Positions 50,254-62,901 of a stretch of 64,000 nucleotides of DNA are shown here, one piece after another; position 1 is the first letter of the stretch; the number at the start of each line of letters is the position of its first letter. The DNA comes from Lophium mytilinum (taxonomy: Eukaryota). The stretch lies in the NCBI GenBank assembly GCA_010093605.1, contig MU004188.1, positions 1,553,673-1,617,672 of the forward strand, written 5' to 3'. The notes beneath the pieces were generated by a model that had not been told where the DNA came from, ran no database searches, and worked only from the letters and a program-made list of their open reading frames with translations. A program made the translations under genes and the position numbers.

Positions 50254-52355
50254 CCTCGACGGCTCACCGGGCGGTGATGGGAGAGACTCGGGCGACGCGG
50301 CGAGAGAGGCGGTCGGGTCGGGGTCGGGGTCGCGAGGTTTGCGGCTTCGTGGTGGTCGTGGTGGTCGGCTGTTTGCAAGGCTGGCTCAGCACGGCGGAGC
50401 GGGTCTGGGAGGGATGGGGTTTGCGGGCGGCGCGCGTCGGAAGCAGGCAATGCGGACTATAACGAGTGACTGGGCTACAACATCGAGGCCGAACGAAGGA
50501 GGGATGCTGGAGCGAGCGTGGGCGAGAGGCGAGGGCGACTTGGAAGCGGAGAGCGTCAGGAGAGTGCTTCGGTCGGGCTGGGCGTTGCGTTTTACTTGAA
50601 CGGCAACCGATGCCAGGATGCCAGGGCTCACGGGAGCGATTGGCCGACGCCTCGCAGCCCTCGCAGCACTCGCAGCAGCTTTCAGCCCAAAATAACCCCA
50701 CGCAGCACCTACCATGGGCCCTGGGGCGCCTCTCCTCTCACGCCTCTGCTGGCCCGGCGTTCAGTCAGCGCGCGTCTGCTGCAGTGTGCTGCGGAGAGGG
50801 CCAAGACCGCAAGACAGGCCTCCAGGGCCGACGCAACTCTGCTCGCCCAAGCTCTCCCGCGCTGCTCCACGACGGCCGCAGTGCGAAGACCACTATGCCG
50901 CCCTCTGCTTGTCACCAAACCACCTCCCTCCGCCCTGCTGATTGGCCGGCCTGATTTGCGGGCGGCTGATCCGCACAATAGGGGCCATGATGAGCACGTC
51001 GGATGCTTTTCTCGCGGCTCCTTCCGTCCCATAGTCTTTGGTAATCGCTCTGCAATCGCGATGCGGCCACGCTGCCACGCTGCCACGTCTGCGGGAGATC
51101 GCACCGTGCCTTTGTCGCGCATCTTCACCAGCCTCCGCACAGGACACCTCCGGAGAATTTTAAAAAGCGCCTGGCGTTCTGCTGCTGAGACGGCCGACCA
51201 CGACACCAGCGGCGCCGGCTGCTGCCCCCACCCCCAGTGCCCAGCGCACAACGAGCCTAGATCCTGCGTGAGGCTGCCGCCCGTCGCCCGCTCCTGTAAC
51301 CGCTGTTCTTGACCCCGGCTTTGCTGCGTGCCGCGACTCGTCGCTTCTGATGCTGCTCGTCACTCCATCCAGTACCTCGGCGAGCTCGACGACGATGCCA
51401 TGGGCCCAAGCCGAAGCGCCTCTCCATCTGCGAGCAGACCAAACTCTGCCCGCCTGGGCCGCCTGCTGCTGTCCATCCGCTGTGCCACTGTGGCTGGTCC
51501 GTTGCGAGCGCGAAGCTATGCACCTCCCAGGGGTACGCAGCGCCTCCCGAATGGCTCGGAAAGGCCGCGGGCTGCTTGCTGGTATCAGTCACCATCGTAC
51601 CTTGCAGCAGCCAAACCTCGCGCCGCCGCTGTCCTACCAAACCAGCCTGCAACCGACGGCGAACTGCTCCACGCAAGCTCTCCAGTGCCTCCAAGGCGCA
51701 CCGAGTAACCGTTACCCCAAGCGCTGGCTCTCCACCCGTCGTGGTCTGGGGAGGTGACAGGCCGCCGACGTCGTGATAGCTAGGCGCGAGTCCGCCAGCT
51801 GATGGCACACCGGCTGCGCATTGGTTCCACTGCGTGGAGGACTGACTCTCATGATGCCCTCTATTTGAAATCCCCTTTGCAGTCGTTGCTTCTTGTGACC
51901 CATCGCTGTCGAAGCGGGTTGATCGCAATCTTTCCGTCGAAACCGCCGTCGCACAGAGGCCCTCACGCTGCCAAAAGTAAGGGGAAACATTCGGATCATC
52001 AGCCGTATGACGTCGGCCATGCGCTGTAACCTGTGACCGTTCTAGAAAACCTCACGGTATGGCGAGAAACTCGTACTCCTGAAGTTGTCCATGCGATGCA
52101 ACACACCTATTCGACGATAAGAAAACCATGCGAACACGCCGCCCATGTGACTTGGTAGTACTGATGTGTCGAGCACGTCGAATGAGAGACCTGCCCAGGG
52201 GCCTTGGAATGCTGAGAATCTGATTCGATCTAAACTCCATCAATCATGCCCTGTACCGCGAGACATCCTCGTAAGGAGACATGTATCTCCGCTGGATTGG
52301 ATACCGCAAACAACACCGTGCAATGCAAGTTGACTAAGGCACCACTCTCCAGACT

Positions 52356-53235
52356 TCACGTTCGCCAGACCAGCGCGTCGGAAATCTGGATCCTCGCCTC
52401 TCTTGTGCTCTTATCCCATCCGATGAGCTTCACACTGCGCATATCTTGCACGATCCAGTCTGCGCCCGCCTCTCTGAGCTGTTCCAGTGTGTGCGTTGTC
52501 GCCAGAGCCACAACTTTGAACCCTGCAGCTTTGCCAGCTCGCACGCCTGCGGGTGCGTCTTCCAGTACCAGCATTGAAGCATCTTGCGGCACACCAAGCC
52601 TGGATCGGCCCAACTGGTAGCATGCAGGGTCTGGCTTTCCATGCTCGACGTCCTCCGCCACCACGAGATGCTTCGGCCGAGCTAACTTCATGATATCGAG
52701 CCAGCCGTTGACCAGAGGCCTCGTACCTGAAGTCACCACTGCCCAGGGTACGGAACTTTCCTCGAGTTGCTGGAGTAATTCCCGGGCTCCCGCAATCTCC
52801 ACCGCGTCGGCTCCAAATTGCTTCGGAATCAATCCTTCAATGTGGCTGACGTCTACCAACACCATTAAAGCCGCACCCAAGAACTCGGGGAAGAAGTGGA
52901 CTGACATTCCCAATTCGCCAGCTTTGGCTCGTAGATCTGGAGAGTATCTATCGATCTCCGCCCGTGCGATGTGGCTAGAATAACGTTTGGATCGACGCCG
53001 AGCTCATTTCCTATCCTGACGACATGAGCGAATGAGGTCACCAACGGGGAGGGAGTAGTGTACTTGTGCCAATGCTTGACTACCGCATCCGTCGAATCGA
53101 TAATGGTTCCATCCATGTCGAAGAGCTGGAGTTGGTGAGATTTTCGTGGTTTATAGCGTGACTTGAGCCACTTACGAGCCCATTGAAAGAGTGCTCTTCC
53201 GCAGGTGCGGAGAAGGTCGGTTCCATGCTACCCAT
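52356..53235 (-). CDS. GPP1: HAD-superfamily glycerol-3-phosphate phosphatase
   Basis: LFDMDGTIIDS, SHGRRSID, WAVVTSGT, GKPDPACY, VLEDAPAGVRAGKAAG; three introns. Confidence 0.9.
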
Positions 53236-54052
53236 GATGCAAGCCAAATCTAGTTGGAATCTAATTTGAAACGACTGTGTATGCCTTTTTATGTCTGTGG
53301 TCTGCATTCGTGCAGACGACGATTGATAGAGACTAATGTTCGATCTGATGCACGTGGGGCGCTACACTACCTTTGGTAACCTACCCGCCTTTTGAGCTCG
53401 TAAAGAAAGTTCGCTTATTCTGCCCTTTACGACTATTTTGCCGTTCGGAACCACAAGGTAGAGCTCGGTAGGTGTGTATAGAGGGGAGGGGCTTGTATTG
53501 AACGCTTGTAACTACCTAACGTTAGCTTAGAAAAGGAAGGTGGCGGGAAAGAAGTTCCCTCGCGCACGTGCCTACCCATGACTAATCTAGCGACGACTGT
53601 CACGTGCCATAGTCTATGCTCTCCCGGGGTAGCGTGAACGAAAGTACTTCAGGTTATAACTTAAACGAGATATCATGATGCAGCCGTCTCTCGAAGTAGC
53701 CCAACAAACACCGTGTCGAGTGCTTCAGTGCTACCTTAAATCAGTGCTATGTACTATACGGGTAACACTTCTGGACGCCGTTCCGCAGACCCGTTGATAG
53801 GACATAATCCAATGAAGAAGGAGCCTGCATCTAGGTTTGGAACTATCATGTAGGCGCACCTAGCAGTACTGGACGAGTGTACACACCTACTGCAGCTTGC
53901 ATCCAATTGAGAGTGAGATTTCTTCTTCTAAGCCCGCCACATGTACCCGTCCCGAAGTGAACTAAGTTCTGCCGGTCTCACCGCCCTGAAATCTTGGCAC
54001 ATCACTTGAATTTTCTAAATCATCGCGACCAGATAACCAACACACAGCAACG

Positions 54053-55824
54053 ATGCCGAAAGTTGGAAGTAGGTTCCCTACGCTATCTCTAACACCAATC
54101 CAGTAGTACTAATCTGTGCTTGAAGAACCCACCTCGAAGCGCGTGCCCGTTCGGCTGCGGCACAATATTCAAAAGGCCGGTGCTGCCAAAGCGCGCAAAT
54201 CACGAAAGCTTGCGAAAAAGGTACGCAAATATATGCAAACCACGCAAACACCTACTGACAGTCAGGCAGAATCCCGAATGGCGCTCGCGACTGAAGAAGG
54301 ACCCCGGAATCCCCAACCTATTCCCGTATAAAGACAAGATCCTGCAGGAGATTGAGGAGAAGAGGAGGCAGAAGGAAGACGAGAATGCGCGACAGAAAGA
54401 GCTTACAAAGGCTCAGAGACTAGGCACTGCTGTGGCGGATACAAAAGCTACGGAGGGCTTAGAAGAAAATGAAGAGGATGAGGATGCGTTATATGAGCTT
54501 GGCACCGATGAGGAAGACTCTATGCAAGTGGTATGGATGGTCATATCCCCCAATTTCAAGTCCACCACTGACTTTATAGGACGATTTGGACGCCAACCCA
54601 ATGGCAGCGTTCGTAGCTTCTGCATTAGCCCGTGCAGCAGAGCACGACAAGGCAAACCAGAGCGACAGTGGCGATGAGATGGACGAGGATGACGAAGATG
54701 GCTGGACTGGCATCGATGACAATGCTACTGGTGCATCCAACTCCTCCGCCCGCAAGGATACCTCAAGGAAAGCTTTCGACAAGGAGTTCAAAAAAGTTGT
54801 GGATGCTGCAGATGTCATTCTATACGTCCTTGACGCCAGAGATCCCGAGGGTACAAGATCGAAAGAGGTAGAGCGCATGATCACTGCTGCAGACTCGGGC
54901 AACAAGCGTCTCATGTTTGTCCTGAACAAGATCGATCTGGTACCTCCACCAGTGTTGAAGGGTTGGATGATCCATCTCAGCAGATCTTTCCCCACACTAC
55001 CGCTCCGGGCATCGAAAGCAGCGCCGAATGCGCGGATATTTGACCACAAGCAGTTGACGATCAAGGGCACTTCGGAGACCTTGTTCAAGGCCCTCAAGTC
55101 CTTTGCAGAGGGAAGACAGCTCAAACGCGCGGTGTCAGTGGGAATCCTCGGGTACCCGAATGTTGGCAAGAGCTCCGTTATTAATGCTCTATCTCTGAGA
55201 CTTGGAGGTAGGGCCGGAGCATGCCCTACGGGAGCTGAGGCCGGAGTTACTACTAGCATGCGGGAAGTCAAACTGGACAACAAATTAAAGCTCCTCGATT
55301 CACCCGGCATAGTGTACTCAAGTTCAGCCGACGCATCCAAAACTAGCAAGATCGAGGAGCACGCTAGGCTGATCCTCCTGAACGCCGTACCACCCAAGGA
55401 GATTCAAGACCCGGCCCCAGCAGTCACCCTGCTTCTCAAGAGACTCTCCTCGTCACCAGAGCTTTTCGCGAAGCTGTTGGACGTCTACGGTTTACCGCCA
55501 CTGATGTCCTCCGACGGTGACATGACAACGGATTTCTTAGTCCAAGTGGCGAGGAAGCGAGGACGTCTAGGAAAAGGTGGAGTGCCGAATCTTCACAGCG
55601 CGGCACAGACAGTCATAACAGACTGGCGAGATGGTAGGATTCAGGGGTGGATGGATGCTCCAGTGCTACAAGTTGCTCCTGACTCCGCTGTGCCTGCTAA
55701 GGCTGGGGAAGCGGCTCCTGTGGGCGACCGAAAGGAGATAGTCAAGGAACTGGCTGCAGAGTTCAAGATTGAAGGTCTTTGGGGCAATGGGTCTAATGAT
55801 GCGGTTGATACCATGGAGACATGA
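54053..55824 (+). CDS. NUG1: Nucleolar circularly permuted GTPase Nug1/GNL3
   Basis: KPTSKRVPVRLRH..., KKDPGIPNLFPYK, LDARDP, NKID (G4) ahead of GYPNVGKSS (G1) and DSPG (G3), RKRGRLGKGG; three introns. Confidence 0.95.
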
Positions 55825-56376
55825 AGATGCCTTGCACTACGGAAAAGCATGGTCAAAGGCGTTGGTGTCTAGGTGCACTTTGTTCAACGGCTACTATGGG
55901 ATCCTGTATTTACGACTCTCAATGACAGATTCGATCATGGTACGATCTCGTCAACCGCTTTTGAAGATGATGTCGACGTTGGGTTTTCCTGTCCAGTGCC
56001 ATTGAAAACAGAAATTGTATTTTGCATACATGCATCCTTTCGGCATTGGGATTCGGGTTCCACAGGCTGACAACAACTTCCTATCTAATGAGTAAAGATA
56101 AACAAAAAAATCTGAATGACCTGCGACATCGGCCTCCGCATTAGCATTTTGTAAGTGAGATAAGGCAAGTCCAGAGCGAAATCGCGATTCGAGGCTCCGA
56201 TATGGCGTAGCTTTTTACCCCACCCAAGCTAGACCGACGAAAGCCGCACCTGACGCATGGCTCACACGGCTTAAGTATTCACACTATCAACTCAGGTTTG
56301 CTCCTACAACACCTTTAAAAGTACGCTGAGCACCTTGCCATTATATCAATTCAATCCTATCCTTCTTTTTTGCGCA

Positions 56377-58239
56377 ATGTCTTCCTCTAAAGGCTTACAA
56401 TCTTTTGTACAGATCAATCGGTGTGCCCTCCAGACTTCATCACTCGCCACAAGATCACAGAGAAGAACTATGGCTTCCATTGCAAACTTCAAGGTCCCGA
56501 CTGTTAACAATGAGCCCAATGTAAGTTTCTGGCCTGTATGGCCCGCTGAGATCTTAATATTGACTTTACAACTATAGAAACACTATGCCAAAGGCTCAGA
56601 AGACAGGCAGAAGCTTCAGGATGCTCTCGCAGCTCTAAAACAGCAAACACCTCTTGAAGTACCAATAGTAGTAGCCGGGAAGCAAGTAAGTTAACTATAT
56701 TCTATTATGCCTCAATTTCCTGGGCTGACCATCTTCAAGATTAAAGGCTCCTCCGTCCTGACGCAGCACAACCCCGCATCCCACTCTGAGGTTGTAGCTA
56801 AATACTCCAACGCCAGCCCCGAAGAAGTCAGCAGAGCCATCGAGGCTGCCCTTGCGGCAAAGTCATCATGGGAGTCGTTGCCGTTTGCAGATCGAGCTGC
56901 TGTCTTCTTGAAGGCTGCGGATCTGATCTCTACGAAATACAGATATGAGATCATGGCTGCGACTATGGTGGGACAAGGCAAGAATGCATGGCAGGCAGAG
57001 ATTGATGCTGCTGCTGAGCTGTGCGATTTCCTGAGGTTCAACATCAAGTATGCTGAGGAGACTTACGGTCACCAGCCGACCCACAACTCCCCGGGTGTAT
57101 GGAACCGCGTCGAATATAGGCCTCTGGAAGGCTTCGTCTACGCTGTTTCACCCTTCAACTTCACAGCCATCGGTGCCAACCTCCCCGCAGCGCCTGCCTT
57201 GATGGGTAATGTTGTAGTCTGGAAGCCCTCTCCTTCTGCAATCGCCTCCAACTGGCTCATATACTCTATTCTGATGGAAGCTGGCCTACCTCCCAACGTC
57301 ATCCAATGGGTCCCTGGCGATGCTGCGGAAGTCACCAAGACAGTTCTGGCACACAAGGAGTTCGCAGCTCTGCACTACACCGGTAGCACAGCTGTCTTCC
57401 GCTCTCTGTATGGGAAGATCGCAGAAGGCGTTGCAGCTGGAAAATACCGCGGTTACCCTCGCATCGTGGGCGAGACCGGTGGCAAGAACTACCACCTCAT
57501 CCACCCCAGTGCCGACGTCGACAATGCCGCCGTCAACACCGTCCGCGGAGCTTTCGAATACCAGGGCCAGAAGTGCAGCGCCTGCTCCCGCGCCTATGTC
57601 CCCTCATCTGTTTGGGACTCCTTCAAGACCCGCCTGGTCTCAGAGACTGAAGCGCTGAAAGTCGGCGACCCAACTGACTTCTCCAACTTCATCGGCCCCG
57701 TGATCCACGAGGCTTCCTTCAAGAAGCTGTCTTCCGTCATCGACGAAGCTAAGAACGACAAGGAGCTTGAGCTACTAGTCGGCGGCAAGCACGACTCGTC
57801 CAAGGGCTACTACATCCACCCCACCGTTTACAAGACCACGAACCCCAACCACCCTCTCCTCTCTCGCGAGCTCTTCGGCCCCATCCTCGTGGTCTACGTC
57901 TACGATGACAGCACCGCTCCCGTCGAAGCCTTCGAGAACATCATTAAGCAGATCGACTCGACATCCGAGTACGCACTGACCGGTGCCGTCTTTGCCAGCG
58001 ACAGGGAGGCAGTGCGATACGCCGAAGACGCGCTCCGCAACTCCGCAGGTAACTTCTACATCAACTGCAAGTGTACTGGTGCTGTTGTTGGCCAGCAGCC
58101 GTTCGGAGGCAGCAGGGCCAGCGGTACCAACGACAAGGCGGGTAGTGCGAACCTATTGAGCCGCTTCGTCAATTTGAGGGCTATCAAGGAGGAGTTCGTG
58201 TCTACGGACAAGGTGGCGTATCCTAGCAACGAGGTTTGA
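56377..58239 (+). CDS. PUT2: Mitochondrial delta-1-pyrroline-5-carboxylate dehydrogenase
   Basis: GQGKNAWQAEIDAAAELCDFLRF, EYRPLEGFVYAVSPFNFTAIG, GETGGKN, FEYQGQKCSACSR, VGQQPFGGSRASGTNDKAG. Introns 56521-56577 and 56686-56739. Confidence 0.97.
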
Positions 58240-59004
58240 GTTTGATAAGTTCTTTTGGAGTTTGCGGTAATGACTAAGGGGGATGAAATTGGAAACGGGG
58301 AATTAGGGGTACGAATTTGGTGTATTAGTATTTGCATCTGCATGATTCTGGCAAGGGTCAATCTGTTATTATGTATCCTAGGGATAGGAAAAGTTATCGG
58401 ATTTTGATGAGATATGATAATGGATCAAACACCTTGATGCATATGCCGCACCGTACGAAGAGCTCCAAGAAACCTTGCGATGTTTTCCAAACCTTCCATG
58501 ACAGCGCAGCTTCCATCCTCGAGCCGATCAATTCATATCTACGCTCGTCTTCTCAGCTCAATGACGCTCACATTTCGTGCATTACAATCCGGAAAGAAAA
58601 AGCGCAAATCCAAAGACTTAGCTCTCCGTATCCCGTAACGTGCAAGTAGTTTCTCCATACTCTTCTATGCCGAATTTCTTCAATTAGTACACTCATGCGT
58701 CACTATCTAAAGCCCTTTAACACATCTTCAAGAACCTACATAACATGCGACTGAACCTTTTTGGACAACCTGGAAGCTCGTTAGGCCACCCAGGTGGCAA
58801 CATCTACCACTGTGCATAATAAAGAGTCCCCAAGTTCCAAGCAATCGCTTGCTTTCACTAATATCTATGCTTGGGGCTTAGTTCAGCGGGCACGCTCTGA
58901 TCCGGAAGTCGCGTCCACAGAGGTAAAGGGCGACGGAGCCGACAAACACCTACAACCTGTGCCTGCCTGCCTGCCTGCATCCTCACACCAACAGGTTCTC
59001 CATC

Positions 59005-60198
59005 ATGGGGCGCTCCAAGAAGAAGTCCCAGGAGAGATCGAAGGCCAAGAAGACTCACGATGTCCCCGAAAAGCCACAACTCCCCCCTGCGGATACACAG
59101 TCATCAAGCCGCCTTATGCAACTTCCTGGCGAGCTGCGCAATCAGATCTACAAGCATCTCTTCAGCTCTACCCGGCTCACCTATGGCGATAGGCGTACCG
59201 GCCGTATATCAAGCGTAAAGATGAAGAGTGCTCTGAACTCTCTTGCGATACTCCGTACTTGCCGTCAAGTTCATCGAGAAGCAGCAACCCTCTGGCCTGG
59301 TCTAGTCTTATTCAACTTCGAAGATGTTGATGCTCTACTCGATAGATTGTCTCCGTTGCCAGCGGAAACCCTGTCAAAGATACGCTACGTCCGCACGCGA
59401 GGCCATACTCTGATGCTACTGCCAGTAGGCGAGGAATACAACATCTACTACAGACTCGCCGAATCGCTCAAACTCCTTCCTGGATTGCGTCTAGACACTC
59501 TCACCGTTCTTGCACCTGCTCACGGAACTATTGCCTACGACACTCTCGACGGATTGATCAACCGCGGCAACGGCTGGAAGGAGTTACACTTCATCACACC
59601 CAACTCCGAGATGCTTGGCTTTGCTAAAGTGGAAATGTTCATGATGGATCCATACTGGCGCAAGCCTCAGCCTAGCACATGGGAGTCAGCCTTGCTCAAG
59701 CGCGACTCCATCATAGGCTCCACCAAAGCTACAGTCACGATCTACCGTTCCACTCAAGCTGACGCCTCCGGATCCATCATCAATCCCCATACTCGCAAAC
59801 TCTTCACTCAGCCGGTTCCTCGGAATCAAGACCATCCGGACTTCGGCGTGGCAGCAGACGACGCTCTTCTAGCGGAAAAGAAAGAGTTGCTGGTGATAGC
59901 AAAGCGGGGCCAGGGGGCTGATATTGCGGAGCAAACAGAGCCTCCCTTTGGAACGAACGATATTCGAGAGTGGGCGTATGGGATGACTTGGGCAGAGATC
60001 AGACGCCAATGCATCGACTTACACCATGACGATGAGGATTTTCCTTCGTCGGACGAAGACGAACTGCTCTTATCGGACGAAGACGAGGAGTCTGATGAGG
60101 ATGATGAAGATTCCTCGAGCATGTGGAAGCCCAAAGACAATGCCCAGATTGACAGCTATATTCATGTGGACGACGTCGAATGGGACTTCATCGAGTAA
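59005..60198 (+). CDS. Hypothetical protein with F-box-like N-terminal motif, basic N-terminus and acidic tail
   Basis: Intronless 397-aa ORF with SRLMQLPGELRNQIYKHLF...LAILRTCRQVHREA. Confidence 0.85.
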   Translation: MGRSKKKSQERSKAKKTHDVPEKPQLPPADTQSSSRLMQLPGELRNQIYKHLFSSTRLTYGDRRTGRISSVKMKSALNSLAILRTCRQVHREAATLWPGLVLFNFEDVDALLDRLSPLPAETLSKIRYVRTRGHTLMLLPVGEEYNIYYRLAESLKLLPGLRLDTLTVLAPAHGTIAYDTLDGLINRGNGWKELHFITPNSEMLGFAKVEMFMMDPYWRKPQPSTWESALLKRDSIIGSTKATVTIYRSTQADASGSIINPHTRKLFTQPVPRNQDHPDFGVAADDALLAEKKELLVIAKRGQGADIAEQTEPPFGTNDIREWAYGMTWAEIRRQCIDLHHDDEDFPSSDEDELLLSDEDEESDEDDEDSSSMWKPKDNAQIDSYIHVDDVEWDFIE

Positions 60199-60745
60199 CT
60201 GAGCCTTCTTAGGGAACGGCTCGCCATCGGGCCACGTCCTAGGCGTCTTGGCCAAGGACTGACTATAGAGGACATATCATACTACTTTACGCACCAATAA
60301 TCTTACATGAGCACGTGAAAGTTTCTTCTAAGCAGCAGAATCATTCCACTGTCAAGTGTTTGTCGGTGCAAGGATCAATCCCGCAAAAGTCTCCCTTTTG
60401 ACCACATCGTCTCACATGCTGTGTGGGCTACGCACATATGTGAATGATGATATTTGGTTCTTTCCATGTTTCACGATTTGACTGATGTCTAGATTAATAC
60501 GTTAGTAAGTCTTGGAGCACTGTCCGCGGTTGTGAATAGGTTCAGTGTGTAATGTCAGCAGGGCAGGTCGGATATTTCTTCTCATACCAAACCATGAATA
60601 GGTCTGTCGGAGAAGAGGTGGGACATATCTATATACACTTGCGCGTCACTGTCAGAAGTTCTGCAAATCCATTTCGAGGAACATTTCGAGGTATGAGTGG
60701 ATGATTGGGGCGACCTGGGAGTTCGCCAGACCATGGTATCTATCA

Positions 60746-62036
60746 CTAACTGCAGGGGATACCCCAAGAAGCCCCAAGTGCTTCGATACTGTGACCCCAG
60801 ATAATCTCGTCCACATCGTTATAGTTGTCGACCTAATCCACCGAGCCGACACTGTCGTTGAGGACATATTGAGCATAGAAACGGCCAAACCAACTGGCTT
60901 CGTCCGAAGGGCCCTCGTTGCGATCCAGCTAGCTATGATAATTGGTCTTGAATATCTCTTTTATCTCCACCCACGTCTTGTCAGGCGCCAAGCTCCGAAT
61001 ATCGTTCCCATGAACTTGAGTTCCAGCTTTTGCCGCGATATCAGCTCGCTGGCTACGCTTCGCTATCACGACTGACACCGTGCCCTTTGGGAGTGACTCG
61101 TCTGCTTGCACTTCAGACGCCGACTTTCTTTCCGGGATTGACAGCAATGGCTGCTCGAAAAGTTCACAGGTACATGGGTCCAAGAGGGAGCCTTGCGTGC
61201 AAGATGGCTTATGGAACTGGACGGAGGGATACATCGTGACGATAGCCTCTGGATTTTCACTGTCGTCGCGTCCGAGTAGAAGTTCATTCCAGGTGCCACG
61301 CTGTAGCTCACGCATGCGCCGAGAGGCCAATTCTGTGAAGGCGGGCATGTTGTGAAAGAGCACAATAAATTGCAGCTCCCTCCAGCCATCGCCACGTTTG
61401 ATTAAACCGTCAATAGTTCTGTACGCACCTAGTCTGCTGCCCCAGTAAAGAACAGTAAGGGTGTCAAGACGTAATCCAGGAAGCAGTGTCAAAACGTCCG
61501 CAAGCCTGCATTTGTGAACATGATGGTAGGTATTCGTGGTATTGTAGTCCAATGGCAATAGCGGAAGAAAGTTTCCTCGTACGCGAACATGGCGGATTTG
61601 CGATAGAATCTTGTCAGGCAACGAGGAGAGTTTATCAGGGCAGGGCCTCTAGTCCTTCGAAGTTGAACAGAACGTGGCCGAGACAAAGAGACGACGCCTC
61701 TAGATCAATCTGGCGACAAGTACGGAGAATCGAGAGAGGATTCGGGGCGCACTTGGTAGCAACTCCTGTATAAGAATGGCGGTGTCCAAGCAATAAACCG
61801 CCGAAGGTCAACCAAGTCGAGCTAAGCAGATGAGTATAGATCATATTGCGCAGCTCTCCGGGAAGCTGCAGGAGACGGCTTGGCATTTGGGGGTTTGTTG
61901 TGGGCGTTCGCGGTTCGTTGGGGGCATCGCGGGTGGTCTCAGCGTGGCTGCACATCTCGTGGGTGGTCTGGTTGGCCTTCGACCGCTTCTTTTACTTCTT
62001 CTTGAAGCGCTTCCTGGAGCTTTTGGGGCGCGCCAT
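60746..62036 (-). pseudogene. Disrupted inverted paralog of 59005-60198
   Basis: Shares SRLLQLPGELRN.IY, ILRTCRQ, LFNFE, LLPGLRLDTLTVL, GW.EL.FI and ADIA. Lesions: TAA at 61992-61994, a +1 frameshift near 61637, and TAG at 60929 and 60833. Confidence 0.85.
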
Positions 62037-62901
62037 GATAGTGGACTGGTGGGCGTGTCGTTGGAAGGTGGGTGGTTCGTCGGAAGCTCTGTTGTAGATC
62101 CAAATCTAGACTAGCGTCCACGCTAAGCCAAGGTCCACCATTGATTGGTCAATAGCTCTGTGAAGGCAAACGAGCGCTTCGTCTTCTGGGGTGGCCCTTG
62201 ACTTTAGCAACGGCTCAAATTGAAGAACGTCTGCCTTGTTTGGACTTTTCAAAGTGAGTCGGACGCCCCATGACTGTGGCAAGAAAGGGTACGCTCACCT
62301 AGAGTAAGGTCGACGTCAAAACCAACCGTGTTGGTGCGTTTCCCTCAGGCGATATTAATCTCAACAAACGAGGCCCTGGGGAGGTGAAGAGATGGAAAGA
62401 CCGTTGCGAAGGTGCCCAATGAGAAGCCCTAAGCCACTGTCTACCGCACACACATTCGAAGCGGCAAGAAGCGAGGAAGTTCAGGTGAGATGTAGTTTAC
62501 GAAAGAGAAGACAGCGGGTAAAGATGCTAGAGAGAACATCAAGGAACACTAAAGGAATAGATCTTGATTCAACCAAGGAAGCAACTATCATGCTAACTTA
62601 CGTTCGAAACCTGCAAACCAACTATCTTCTCTAGCAACGCATTCATACTCATTCAATCATCCTCACCCAGTCCTCATAACTCGTCGTCTGCCTACCACCA
62701 AAACTCCCAAATCTCTCCCAAAAGAGCAAAACGCCCATAATGTTGCCGGGGGGTATACCGAGTCGTAAGAAGCAGAATAAAGAAACCAGCAAACCTCAAA
62801 GCACAGCCAGACACATCACTAATCCAGCATCGCTAAAACTCAATCGCGTACCACAAAAGAGCGTTCAGAAACCACCCCCACCCCTCACACCCCCCTCCCC
62901 C

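Noticed and set aside
49268..51928. Overlapping ORFs of 160-310 aa around the homeobox start
   Set aside because: High GC suppresses stop codons, and the translations are R/A/P-rich without motifs.
54006..54016. RRPE-like TGAATTTTCT upstream of NUG1
   Set aside because: Plausible for a ribosome-biogenesis gene, but too degenerate to support without conservation data.
54489..55397. 302-aa minus-strand ORF
   Set aside because: Antisense shadow of NUG1.
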